Source: a virus (lineage: Duplodnaviria; Caudoviricetes). Taken from it: a stretch of 49,197 nucleotides of DNA. The DNA is taken from positions 1-49,197 of the IMG/VR virus record IMGVR_UViG_3300021962_000170, one strand, 5' to 3'. Of the stretch, positions 38,539 through 46,214 are shown in pieces. The translations under genes were made by a program, and so were the position numbers. Each line of letters opens with the position of its first letter. Position 1 is the first letter of the stretch. The notes under the pieces were generated by a model. It searched no databases. It saw only the letters and a list, made by a program, of their open reading frames with translations, and was not told the DNA's origin.

Positions 38539-39157
38539 ACAACTAGCAGCACTATTTAACAAGTACAACTGTGACAAAGCGTCTAAGCATTTATATCATA
38601 CTGTGTATGGTCCAGAGCTAGAGCACTTGCGTGACAAGCCTATCAACATTCTCGAGGTCGGTGTGTTCAAAGGTGCGAGCACTGCAGCGTGGCTTGAATA
38701 CTTTCCTCAGGCAACAATCTACGGGCTTGACATCTTCACTCGTGTTGAACCAAAAGACATTCCTGTGCTGAATGACCCACGCGTTAAGTGGCTGAAAGGC
38801 GACTCAACCAATCTTGATGTGATTACAAGTATCAAAGAAGCGTGGCCTCGTATTCGATTTGATGTCATCATTGATGATGGTCTTCACACCCCTCGTGCAA
38901 ACGCTAGCACACTAGGTAACTTGTTTGGCTTGTTGAAGACAAAAGGAATCTACTTCATTGAAGATGTCTGGGCTCTTGATCAAATGACCAGCAAACAGTT
39001 GAACGATCCATGGATTCAAGGTCACAGTAAAGATCTCAATCACCTTGAGAACCAACACTTCCTAAATGTGTTAGCTGATAAGAACGTGACACGTTTTGAT
39101 CTACGTACTAAAAGTAAGCACCCCGACAGCTACATCATCAAAGTAACAAATGGATAG
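38531..39157 (+). CDS. class I SAM methyltransferase (sugar O-methyltransferase-like)
   Basis: DK...H.Y...Y, ILEVGV, YGLDI, FDVIIDDGLH, GIYFIED. Confidence 0.85.
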   Translation: MSEQLAALFNKYNCDKASKHLYHTVYGPELEHLRDKPINILEVGVFKGASTAAWLEYFPQATIYGLDIFTRVEPKDIPVLNDPRVKWLKGDSTNLDVITSIKEAWPRIRFDVIIDDGLHTPRANASTLGNLFGLLKTKGIYFIEDVWALDQMTSKQLNDPWIQGHSKDLNHLENQHFLNVLADKNVTRFDLRTKSKHPDSYIIKVTNG

Positions 39158-39160
39158 CAA

Positions 39161-39853
39161 ATGAAAGCAGTATCAATCGTTATCAAAGATAATGCAATTT
39201 CCGAGCTTGGATATTCCAGACTCGTTGAATCCTCTAAAGCTGTTGGTAACGATTTTGATATTGTAAGGTGGGATGCTATCACGCCCGACAAGGTCGATAA
39301 TTTCATGCAGATCTCGGGTATCAAATGGAATTACCCTTGGGAGGGTGAGGTAGTTGACTTTGCTACTGGGCTAAAGAAATCTGCATACAAGACAGCTAAT
39401 CCAAAAGCTAGGATCGCCTGTGCATGCAGCCATTACTATATGTGGCTGACCAGTGCTACAAGCGATACTACCATTCTGGTGCTCGAGCATGACGCCAACT
39501 TCATCAACAAGATTGACTTTGATCCTAATGATGTCAAGGCTGAGATCCTCGGTATCAACAATCCTCTTGGTGCAACTCGTAAGTCGCAGCTTTACTATGA
39601 CTTGATTATGGAATCATCTGCAAGCTATCAGCTTGTTCCATGGATCGACAATGTCTATGTTCCTCAAGGGCTCGCTGGTAATTCAGCCTACATAATAAAA
39701 CCTGCTGGGGCAAAGAAGCTACTCGATTTAGTTAAGCAATACGGCTTGTGGCCTAACGATGCCATCATGTGTAGACAGCTCGTGTCAAGAATGGGCGTCA
39801 CCCGTAAATTTTACACCAACATTCAAGGATTGAAGAGTACGACATCATTATGA
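39161..39853 (+). CDS. glycosyltransferase family 25-like
   Basis: DAITP, ACACSHYYMW, LVLEHDA, GNSAYIIKPAGAKKL, PND. Confidence 0.8.
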   Translation: MKAVSIVIKDNAISELGYSRLVESSKAVGNDFDIVRWDAITPDKVDNFMQISGIKWNYPWEGEVVDFATGLKKSAYKTANPKARIACACSHYYMWLTSATSDTTILVLEHDANFINKIDFDPNDVKAEILGINNPLGATRKSQLYYDLIMESSASYQLVPWIDNVYVPQGLAGNSAYIIKPAGAKKLLDLVKQYGLWPNDAIMCRQLVSRMGVTRKFYTNIQGLKSTTSL

Positions 39854-40494
39854 AAAATTATGTAATTACGATTATTGATAATAAAAAATCGATTGATGCT
39901 GCTGATCGCTGTATTGATTCTGGTGTGAAGCATGGAATGCTTATCCAAAACTTTAGAGCGATTACCCCACGAGATCCTATACAAAATATTTTAAAAGCTC
40001 AAGGGATATCTGACCAAGGGTTCAAAGAGAAATTCTCACGACTAGATAACTGCATTGCAGCATTCCTATCACACTATGCATTGTGGACTCAGTGTGCTGC
40101 AGGCAAAGAAGAATTTCAGATCTTTGAACACGATGCTGTTATTGTCAACGAGATCCCTGAATTTATCAACTATAAGTACTGCATATCTTTGGGTAAACCA
40201 TCATATGGTAAGTATCAGACTCCAGCTAACATTGGCGTCAATTCTCTTAGTTCTAAGCGGTATTTCCCAGGCGCTCACGCGTATAGATTGAAGCCAGCGG
40301 GTGCTAGGCTGCTTGTTACTCAAGCAAAGGTATTAGCGCGTCCTACGGATGTTTTCTTGCACCTAGATACTTTCCCATGGCTAGAAGAATACTATCCTTG
40401 GCCAGTTGAAGCTCACGATACGTTCTCAACGATTCAGCGGACAGAAGGCTGTCTGGCAAAACATAACTATAGCGATAAATATGAAATCATTTGA
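39850..40494 (+). CDS. glycosyltransferase family 25-like (paralog)
   Basis: AITP, AFLSHYALW, IFEHDA, GAHAYRLKPAGARLL, PTD. Confidence 0.8.
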   Translation: MKNYVITIIDNKKSIDAADRCIDSGVKHGMLIQNFRAITPRDPIQNILKAQGISDQGFKEKFSRLDNCIAAFLSHYALWTQCAAGKEEFQIFEHDAVIVNEIPEFINYKYCISLGKPSYGKYQTPANIGVNSLSSKRYFPGAHAYRLKPAGARLLVTQAKVLARPTDVFLHLDTFPWLEEYYPWPVEAHDTFSTIQRTEGCLAKHNYSDKYEII

Positions 40495-41131
40495 TAAAGT
40501 ATTCCTAACGGGATGTGACGGCAAGACAGAGTGGATGCTTGCTTGGTTCTTAAAAAACTTCAACAAGCACAACACAACCCCAATTGTGTTTGCTGACTTT
40601 GGAGTAAGCGAGCAAGGTGCAAACCACGCATCATCATGTGCTAGCATTATTGATATGACAGGCACAGGCGGTCAAGGGTGGTTCAAGAAGCCTCAAGCTA
40701 TGATTGAAGCATCTAAACTTGCTAATAAAGTTTGTTGGATAGATACAGATTGCCATGTGCTTAGCAACATCAGTGGTGTGTTTGATTTAATCGAGCCAAA
40801 CAAACTTGCAATGGTTGAAGACATTCCGTGGTCAAAGCGCAGGCAAGAGGTGTGGCACAATACTGGTGTTGTAGCATTTCAAGATCGCCCGCCAATTCTT
40901 GATGAATGGTTCAAGGCTGTTAAAGCTAATCCTGTGCAAGGTGACCAGGAAGTGTTGCATATGATCCTCAGAAAGGATCTCAAGCGCCAAATAAACGCAA
41001 CTTCGTTGCCACCAGAGTACAACTGGCTACGGCTAATGCTACAAGATGGTAACGATAGCAAAAAGAAGAAAGTGATGCACTGGACAGGTGCCAAAGGTAA
41101 AGAACACATTAAAGGTATTGTTAATGACTAG
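40481..41131 (+). CDS. GT-A nucleotide-diphospho-sugar transferase
   Basis: GWFKKP, WIDTDC, NTGVV, GDQEVL, YNWLR, MHWTG. Confidence 0.75.
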   Translation: MKSFDKVFLTGCDGKTEWMLAWFLKNFNKHNTTPIVFADFGVSEQGANHASSCASIIDMTGTGGQGWFKKPQAMIEASKLANKVCWIDTDCHVLSNISGVFDLIEPNKLAMVEDIPWSKRRQEVWHNTGVVAFQDRPPILDEWFKAVKANPVQGDQEVLHMILRKDLKRQINATSLPPEYNWLRLMLQDGNDSKKKKVMHWTGAKGKEHIKGIVND

Positions 41132-41717
41132 AACTGCTCATGTTATTGGAAATGGTGATAGCGCTTCGAGGTACAATCCAGCAAAAGGTTTCAAGATTAC
41201 TTGTAACTTACCACCGTTTGCTGTAGATAACGTCTATGCGAGTTGCATAGTCGACTTCAAGATGATGAATGCCATCAAAGAGGGTAGTGTGGCAGTTCCA
41301 GGCGAATGGGTGCTGGGAGCACGGCCAAAAAAGTTTATGGAATTAAATCCACAGTTCAATCTAAAGTATGCTAGTCAGGTAAAAGAATACTACGATGTGC
41401 TACCAAAGTATGCTGGCAACTACACCAACTTCAATTGTGGCCACATGGCTGTTCACTATTCTGCAAATAAGCTAAAGTGTGAAGAGATTCATATGTACGG
41501 GTTTGATTCAATCTTTGACTTCAACCTTCGTAGCGCTAGTGACCTTTACCTAGTCAGTGACAGAGAAGCTAACAACAGCCTTAGACTGTCCAACAACTGG
41601 CGGCCTATCTGGCAAGAGATGTTCAAAGAGTTTCCCAACACTAAGTTTGTTCTGCACCACAAGCACAACCAGATTAAATTTCCTGTTGGAAAAAATGTTG
41701 AGATCGTTACAAATTAA
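41124..41717 (+). CDS. sialyltransferase/MptE-like fold protein
   Basis: VIGNGDS, TCN, NCGHMA, IHMYGFD. Confidence 0.6.
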   Translation: MTRTAHVIGNGDSASRYNPAKGFKITCNLPPFAVDNVYASCIVDFKMMNAIKEGSVAVPGEWVLGARPKKFMELNPQFNLKYASQVKEYYDVLPKYAGNYTNFNCGHMAVHYSANKLKCEEIHMYGFDSIFDFNLRSASDLYLVSDREANNSLRLSNNWRPIWQEMFKEFPNTKFVLHHKHNQIKFPVGKNVEIVTN

Positions 41718-41720
41718 CAG

Positions 41721-41748
41721 TTGACCTTCTGAACTATCCCTGTATAAT
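41721..41748 (+). promoter_or_regulatory. sigma70-like early promoter
   Basis: TTGACC-N16-TATAAT. Confidence 0.6.
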
Positions 41749-41781
41749 AAAACTGCGGTTGTTAGCGGGGTTGCATATACT

Positions 41782-42180
41782 ATGCTCTATGATGTCGTCG
41801 GTGGAAACAAACATAAGCGTGATGTTGTGCACAAAGCAATGTCATACGCTATACATCTTGTGAAGATTCCAAATAACGTATGTGTGTTGATTGACTTTGT
41901 TCGTTCTGGCAATCACGGTGTGATGCAAGAGACTAAGACAAGGTTCTTGATGGAGATTGTCACCACAGTTAGCCTAGCAGAGATTGCATACACTGTGTTC
42001 CACGAGATGAAACACATTGAGCAGGTGACATCAGGTAAGTTGATCACCACGGAAGATCGTCGCCGCTTGTGGATGGGTGAAGATCACACCAATACTGCAT
42101 ACTTCGACTGCCCTTGGGAAATTGAAGCATATAAATTTGAGAAAAGTGCAGATTTGATGTTGACTTCCATTGCAGCATGA
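41782..42180 (+). CDS. zincin-like metallopeptidase
   Basis: HEMKHIEQ...PWEIEAY. Confidence 0.75.
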   Translation: MLYDVVGGNKHKRDVVHKAMSYAIHLVKIPNNVCVLIDFVRSGNHGVMQETKTRFLMEIVTTVSLAEIAYTVFHEMKHIEQVTSGKLITTEDRRRLWMGEDHTNTAYFDCPWEIEAYKFEKSADLMLTSIAA

Positions 42181-42188
42181 CTTATATT
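42160..42188 (+). promoter_or_regulatory. sigma70-like early promoter
   Basis: TTGACT-N17-TATATT. Confidence 0.65.
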
Positions 42189-42211
42189 AGGGGCACAGAA
42201 GGAGAACAGAC

Positions 42212-42394
42212 ATGGACAGTATAGTGCGCGATGAGATTGCTCGGTTGTATCCTGGCAATGTGTCCAGCGATTTTGAGAACAATGTCCGCGGTGAAATCAT
42301 CGACTGGGTTTTGCTTGCACCTACCCCACTCAAGTTAAGTGGTATGGACATGAAGGATGTAATTAAACTGTTTTGGAACGAAAGGCTAAACTAA
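42212..42394 (+). CDS. hypothetical early protein
   Basis: AAGGAG RBS. Confidence 0.65.
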   Translation: MDSIVRDEIARLYPGNVSSDFENNVRGEIIDWVLLAPTPLKLSGMDMKDVIKLFWNERLN

Positions 42395-42594
42395 TGGCAA
42401 ATCAAACAAACAACAATCATAACAGTGGTGGGATCGGCTTCTTAGGCCTGTTGACCATTCTGTTTATTGGGCTTAAGCTGACTGGGTACATTGCTTGGTC
42501 GTGGTGGTGGGTTCTTTCACCGCTGTGGCTAGGCTTTGTTGTAGCCATTACCATCTTCCTCATCATAGCAATTATTGCAGGATTGTTCAAATGA
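42394..42594 (+). CDS. small two-TM membrane protein
   Basis: GIGFLGLLTILFIGLKLTGYIAWSWWWVLSPLW, a common phage membrane family. Confidence 0.75.
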   Translation: MANQTNNNHNSGGIGFLGLLTILFIGLKLTGYIAWSWWWVLSPLWLGFVVAITIFLIIAIIAGLFK

Positions 42595-42965
42595 AACTTG
42601 CAGCTATCGCACTAATGTTCGCAACCTCTGCTTCTGCAGAGAATGTTCGTGCAACTGTCAAAGATCACTATGTGTGGCAAGATGTCAACACTCCTATCAC
42701 GCAGACGTATTGTAAGCAGAAGTCTGGTGGTCAAGGTGCTCTCGAAGGTATGATCATTGGTGGCCTGCTTGGCAAAGGGATTACTGGTGATGACCAAGGT
42801 GCTGCTGCTGGAGCAGTACTTGGTGGAGTGATTGGTGCTGATCAAGCTGGTCGTAAGTGTTGGGAAGAGACTACATACCACACTGAAACGACCCAAGTTT
42901 ATGACTACAGCACAATTACTTTTACACAAGATGGTCAAACCTACACTATCGACTTTTATAAATAA
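42591..42965 (+). CDS. secreted glycine-zipper protein
   Basis: Signal peptide; GMIIGGLLG...GAAAGAVLGGVIG. Confidence 0.75.
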   Translation: MKLAAIALMFATSASAENVRATVKDHYVWQDVNTPITQTYCKQKSGGQGALEGMIIGGLLGKGITGDDQGAAAGAVLGGVIGADQAGRKCWEETTYHTETTQVYDYSTITFTQDGQTYTIDFYK

Positions 42966-42972
42966 GAACAAT

Positions 42973-43049
42973 GCTTCCATAGCTCAACTGGATAGAGCAA
43001 CGGATTTCTACTCCGCAGGTTGAGGGTTCGAGTCCTTCTGGGAGCACCA
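42973..43049 (+). tRNA. tRNA-Arg(UCU)
   Basis: Cloverleaf, loop TT-TCT-AC, GTTCGA, encoded CCA. Confidence 0.9.
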
Positions 43050-43050
43050 A

Positions 43051-43482
43051 CTATTTTCTTACACGAGATCTCCAAGTAGGTGTGAGAGCATGACAATTAC
43101 AACAAAGTAGTCGCAAGTTATCTCGGCTGTTGTTTCTATTGTCTCCATCAATATGATCTAACTCAAGAGGTATGGGTTGATTTTGCCAACTATCTAATTT
43201 ACAATGCCAACAAGTAGATCCATGTTCTTTTAACAATCTTTTCTTTATATTTACTGGCCGCTGCAAATTTTCAAACATTACAAACTCTTTACCTTTGTTA
43301 TGAGCTTGATGCAGCATATGAGATGTGTCTATTTTAAATTTTTCCACGTTTCTTTGGATGGTTGCAATAGAACCCCCTTTATCGCTAATGTTTAGCTTCC
43401 TACAACATTCAGCAAAAGATGTTGAGCTTTTTATTACTGGTTCTAGTAATTCTTTAGTATATGTGGTATATCGTCTAGACAT
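43051..43482 (-). CDS. HNH homing endonuclease
   Basis: CWHC...LELDHIDGDNRNNSRDNLRLLCCNCH; inverted and AT-rich, between tRNA genes. Confidence 0.9.
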   Translation of the reverse strand: MSRRYTTYTKELLEPVIKSSTSFAECCRKLNISDKGGSIATIQRNVEKFKIDTSHMLHQAHNKGKEFVMFENLQRPVNIKKRLLKEHGSTCWHCKLDSWQNQPIPLELDHIDGDNRNNSRDNLRLLCCNCHALTPTWRSRVRK

Positions 43483-43502
43483 AAATAAAGTTATCCTTTA
43501 AT

Positions 43503-43579
43503 GGGGGTGTAGTCCAAAGGCAGGAGACAACAGACTTAAAATCTGTACAGTGAGGGTTCGAGTCCCTCCACCCCTACCA
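43503..43579 (+). tRNA. tRNA-Leu(UAA), short variable arm
   Basis: acaga-CT-TAA-AA-tctgt, A73, CCA. Confidence 0.88.
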
Positions 43580-43583
43580 ATTT

Positions 43584-43591
43584 TATTTATA
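43584..43591 (-). promoter_or_regulatory. T4-type late promoter pointing at the HNH gene
   Basis: tatttata on + strand. Confidence 0.5.
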
Positions 43592-43606
43592 AGAATAACT
43601 ATCTAC

Positions 43607-43625
43607 AGTCCGACCATGGGCACCA
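43607..43625 (+). pseudogene. orphan tRNA 3'-end remnant
   Basis: agtccgaccatgggcACCA resembles T-loop end, T-stem, acceptor strand and CCA, with no 5' half. Confidence 0.45.
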
Positions 43626-43643
43626 ATCTTCTAAGGGGTTTAA

Positions 43644-43799
43644 ATGAGTAGCACAGATTACGCCGAACTTGCAGGATTGACTATCGCGTTGAGTCGTCTA
43701 TCACTCACATCTCTTGACTATCGAGATGAAGCATGGATTGCTACTACAGAGTGGATGACAGAGCGCATCAAGGATCTAAACAACAAAAAGAGACCATAA
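43644..43799 (+). CDS. small hypothetical protein (51 aa, not in ORF track)
   Basis: AAGGGG RBS; TAATG coupling to the next ORF. Confidence 0.55.
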   Translation: MSSTDYAELAGLTIALSRLSLTSLDYRDEAWIATTEWMTERIKDLNNKKRP

Positions 43800-43972
43800 T
43801 GTTTTACGTAAAAGAATACGGCTTCTACTATGAAAAGAAGCACGGACCGTATAGCACCTTGAAGGAAGCTATGGCTAAAAAGCCGGCTGATAAGACTGTT
43901 GGCCGCGAAGAAGCGTGTGTGAGGTTTACAATTGAATCTACAGAAGGTCAGGTTCAACTACTAAACGAATAA
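43799..43972 (+). CDS. small hypothetical protein
   Basis: MFYVKEYG...HGPYSTLKEA. Confidence 0.55.
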   Translation: MFYVKEYGFYYEKKHGPYSTLKEAMAKKPADKTVGREEACVRFTIESTEGQVQLLNE

Positions 43973-43973
43973 T

Positions 43974-44065
43974 GGAAGTGGGTGTTGGGACACAAGAGGG
44001 CCTTATAAACCCTTTAGCAGTAGATGACTGTTCTGGACCGAGATCGAAACTCGGCACTTCTACCA
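43974..44065 (+). tRNA. tRNA-Ile(UAU), atypical (long variable arm, short D arm)
   Basis: GGAAGTG/CACTTCT-A-CCA, loop CT-TAT-AA, T arm ccgag-ATCGAAA-ctcgg. Confidence 0.75.
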
Positions 44066-44066
44066 T

Positions 44067-44143
44067 ACTCCTGTAGCTCAGTTGGTTAGAGCTGGGCGCT
44101 CATAACGCCTAGGTCAGGGGTTCGAGTCCCTTCGGGAGTACCA
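44067..44143 (+). tRNA. tRNA-CAU (Met or Ile2)
   Basis: ggcg-CT-CAT-AA-cgcc, canonical cloverleaf, CCA. Confidence 0.88.
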
Positions 44144-44148
44144 ACTAT

Positions 44149-44156
44149 TATAAATA
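44149..44156 (+). promoter_or_regulatory. T4-type late promoter for dps
   Basis: TATAAATA 27 nt before ATG 44184. Confidence 0.7.
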
Positions 44157-44183
44157 GCTCAAACAGCTATAAGGAAAGCCTTA

Positions 44184-44618
44184 ATGGAAGCGTTAATTGA
44201 ACAACTAAAGGTTATGTTAGCAACAACCTTTTCATTTTATCTAAAAGCTCATAACTTCCATTGGAATGTTACGGGGCCAAACTTTACTGAGTATCACAAG
44301 TTTCTTGCTGATGTCTATGGTCAAGCGCATGAAGATGTTGATGGCTATGCAGAACTGATTCGTGCTATGGGTGGTTTTGCTCCTGGATCGTTGGCTCGCT
44401 TTGCAGAGTTGACTCGGATCCAAGATGAGTATAACATTCCTCCTGCAATGTTCATGTTTGCTCGCCTCGATGCTGATAATGATATCCTACGCACAGAGCT
44501 GTATGCAACTCACAAGTATGCTGAAGCTAATGGCCAAGCTGGTGTGACCAACTTCCTCGAAGATCGTATCCAGTACCACGACAAACTTAGCTGGATGCTA
44601 AAAAGTTTCAACAAATAA
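44184..44618 (+). CDS. dps: Dps / ferritin-like DNA protection protein
   Basis: KAHNFHWNVTGPNF..YHKF...D.YAELIRAMG...WMLKS. Confidence 0.9.
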   Translation: MEALIEQLKVMLATTFSFYLKAHNFHWNVTGPNFTEYHKFLADVYGQAHEDVDGYAELIRAMGGFAPGSLARFAELTRIQDEYNIPPAMFMFARLDADNDILRTELYATHKYAEANGQAGVTNFLEDRIQYHDKLSWMLKSFNK

Positions 44619-44629
44619 CAAAATAACTG

Positions 44630-44659
44630 TTGACTTACTGTAACAAAGTACTATATAAT
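44630..44659 (+). promoter_or_regulatory. sigma70-like promoter of the tRNA-array leader
   Basis: ctgTTGACT-N18-TATAAT. Confidence 0.7.
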
Positions 44660-44689
44660 AGAAGTACAAACAAAGGAACTCTACTGCAA

Positions 44690-44776
44690 ATGACTTCGCT
44701 GCATAAACAAAATCAAAACTGGTTTATGACCCCGCTCTGCGGCGAATATATTCGCATGTGTGGAGGCTCTATGTAA
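44690..44776 (+). CDS. putative attenuator leader peptide MTSLHKQNQNWFMTPLCGEYIRMCGGSM
   Basis: AAGGA at 44673-44677; 28 codons using 17 amino acids; 3' end overlaps the antiterminator strand. Confidence 0.65.
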   Translation: MTSLHKQNQNWFMTPLCGEYIRMCGGSM

Positions 44777-44812
44777 CGTATACCCGAAGTATACCTTATC
44801 AAAGAGCCCTCC
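44762..44812 (+). promoter_or_regulatory. putative antiterminator hairpin
   Basis: GGAGGCTCT(44762-70) pairs with AGAGCCCTCC(44803-12); inner TAA/TTA and GTATAC-ccgaa-GTATAC. Confidence 0.65.
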
Positions 44813-44838
44813 CAGATGAAAATCTCGGAGGGTTTTTT
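44803..44838 (+). terminator. intrinsic terminator between leader ORF and tRNA-Cys
   Basis: ccctcc-c-agat-GAAA-atct-c-ggaggg-TTTTTT. Confidence 0.85.
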
Positions 44839-44843
44839 AATAC

Positions 44844-44921
44844 GGTGTGGTGCTCGAGTGGCCCAAGGGAATGGATTGCAAATCCATAAAGTCGTGAGTT
44901 CGAATCTCACCCACACCTCCA
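44844..44921 (+). tRNA. tRNA-Cys(GCA)
   Basis: atgga-TT-GCA-AA-tccat, U73, CCA. Confidence 0.9.
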
Positions 44922-44923
44922 AT

Positions 44924-44998
44924 GTTGGTGTAGCTCAATGGTAGAGCGGCGGTCTCCAAAACCGCGCGTAGGGGGTTCGATTCCCTCCACCTTCGCCA
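44924..44998 (+). tRNA. tRNA-Trp(CCA)
   Basis: gcggt-CT-CCA-AA-accgc, G73; two U.U mismatches in acceptor stem. Confidence 0.85.
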
Positions 44999-45002
44999 AT
45001 TT

Positions 45003-45074
45003 GGTGACACCGCACGGTGCGGACATGGGTCTCATAAGCCCGTTGAGATGGTTCGAGTCCATCTGGCACCACCA
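45003..45074 (+). tRNA. tRNA-Met(CAU), atypical cloverleaf
   Basis: atgggt-CT-CAT-AA-gcccgt 6-bp stem; D hairpin abuts the acceptor strand; GTTCGAGT; CCA. Confidence 0.7.
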
Positions 45075-45084
45075 AAAATAACTG

Positions 45085-45113
45085 TTGACCTTTGTGTAGA
45101 CAATGTTTATATT
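45085..45113 (+). promoter_or_regulatory. sigma70-like promoter inside tRNA array
   Basis: ctgTTGACC-N17-TATATT. Confidence 0.7.
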
Positions 45114-45151
45114 AGGTTAACAAGGGACGAAGCGATCGCATCAATCTCCCA

Positions 45152-45167
45152 CGCTCTTTTACAATTT
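45152..45167 (+). promoter_or_regulatory. boxA-like antitermination element
   Basis: CGCTCTTTTACAATTT versus rrn boxA TGCTCTTTAACAATTT. Confidence 0.6.
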
Positions 45168-45207
45168 AGTATTTGTCCTAGCGTAAGCGATGATGGACTG
45201 GAAACAG

Positions 45208-45319
45208 ATGACTCTGTTTTCAACTAGGGTTCACGGTTCGATTCCGTGTTTGGCTTCGCGGGCCAATGTTGCTGCAGCAAAGTGTCATGGATGACGGCCC
45301 TAGCTGTAAACAGAGTTGT
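45208..45319 (+). ncRNA. structured ncRNA with permuted tRNA-like module (YrlA/Y-RNA-like)
   Basis: Long terminal stem enclosing T arm cacgg-TTCGATT-ccgtg, two small hairpins and gtcat-GG-atgac. Confidence 0.55.
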
Positions 45320-45394
45320 TGGGAGATAGCATAGTGGTTTTGCAGCAGACTTTGAATCTGTAGATCGAGGGTTCGAATCCTTCTCTCCCAGCCA
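45320..45394 (+). tRNA. tRNA-Gln(UUG)
   Basis: U1-A72, CT-TTG-AA loop, G73, CCA. Confidence 0.9.
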
Positions 45395-45401
45395 AAAACA
45401 T

Positions 45402-45475
45402 CAGGGTATGTTGTAGTGGTAGCTTGCTGGCCTTGGAAGCTCGCGGCGGTGGTTCAATTCCACCTACCCTGACCA
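45402..45475 (+). tRNA. tRNA-Pro(UGG)
   Basis: C1-G72, CT-TGG-AA loop, CCA. Confidence 0.85.
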
Positions 45476-45484
45476 AAATAGCTG

Positions 45485-45513
45485 TTGACTTCTGTGTTCA
45501 AAGGTGTTATATT
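45485..45513 (+). promoter_or_regulatory. sigma70-like promoter
   Basis: ctgTTGACT-N17-TATATT. Confidence 0.7.
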
Positions 45514-45536
45514 AATAACATCGAAGGAGATCACAG

Positions 45537-45671
45537 ATGATCCATACAGGAAACATAAGCTATCTAAACAAAGTGCATCGTTCGTACGGTGTTTGGAAAT
45601 ACACTATGGTTACGTTGAAGCGTTGGTCTGACGGTAAGATGACTGTCATGTTCAAGGAGAAAGAAGTATGA
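45537..45671 (+). CDS. small hypothetical protein (44 aa)
   Basis: AAGGAG RBS; ATGA overlap with next ORF. Confidence 0.6.
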   Translation: MIHTGNISYLNKVHRSYGVWKYTMVTLKRWSDGKMTVMFKEKEV

Positions 45672-45847
45672 AAACTTATCCGATTAAAATTGAGTCAGAC
45701 ATTTACCAATACGGCGATAGTGTGTTTGTTTGGTTTGACGAGACTGGTGGTGTTGGTGGTGCTTCCAACTACCTCAGTGAGGCAAAAGCACAGATGAATA
45801 GATATGCGGAGAGCTTAAATGAAACGAAAACAGAAAGAGCTTCCTAA
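45668..45847 (+). CDS. small hypothetical protein (59 aa)
   Basis: AAGGAG RBS; MKTYPIKIESDIYQ...VWFDETGG. Confidence 0.6.
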   Translation: MKTYPIKIESDIYQYGDSVFVWFDETGGVGGASNYLSEAKAQMNRYAESLNETKTERAS

Positions 45848-45974
45848 ACAACGCAACCCTTATGTTGAGCATATGCGCTTCAAGGTTGCTGGTGCTCATG
45901 GGAAGAGTAAGAAAGTTCAACGCCGTGATGATAAAATGGCTTTGAAGAATGGATCGGTAGCTGAGCTGGTTTAG
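45819..45974 (+). CDS. small very basic protein (51 aa), stop inside tRNA-Lys
   Basis: GGAG RBS; MKRKQKELPKQRNPYV...AGAHGKSKKVQRR. Confidence 0.55.
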   Translation: MKRKQKELPKQRNPYVEHMRFKVAGAHGKSKKVQRRDDKMALKNGSVAELV

Positions 45975-46027
45975 CGATGGACTTTTAATCCGTGTCAACC
46001 TGGGTTCGAACCCCAGTCGATCCACCA
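45951..46027 (+). tRNA. tRNA-Lys(UUU)
   Basis: atgga-CT-TTT-AA-tccgt, CCA. Confidence 0.9.
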
Positions 46028-46139
46028 TTACTTTGATGATATACTACATGCACCATTCGAAAGATGTAAGCGGGTAGACATGGTAGTATTGCTTGCAACA
46101 CAGCAGTATAACGCTTTGGTAGTGTATCTTCTAAGTAAT

Positions 46140-46214
46140 GCGCCGGTAGCTCAGAGGCAGAGCAGGGGTCTCTTAAACCCAAGGTCAGGATTTCGAAATT
46201 CCTCCGGCACACCA
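46140..46214 (+). tRNA. tRNA-Lys(CUU)
   Basis: gggt-CT-CTT-AA-accc, CCA. Confidence 0.88.
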
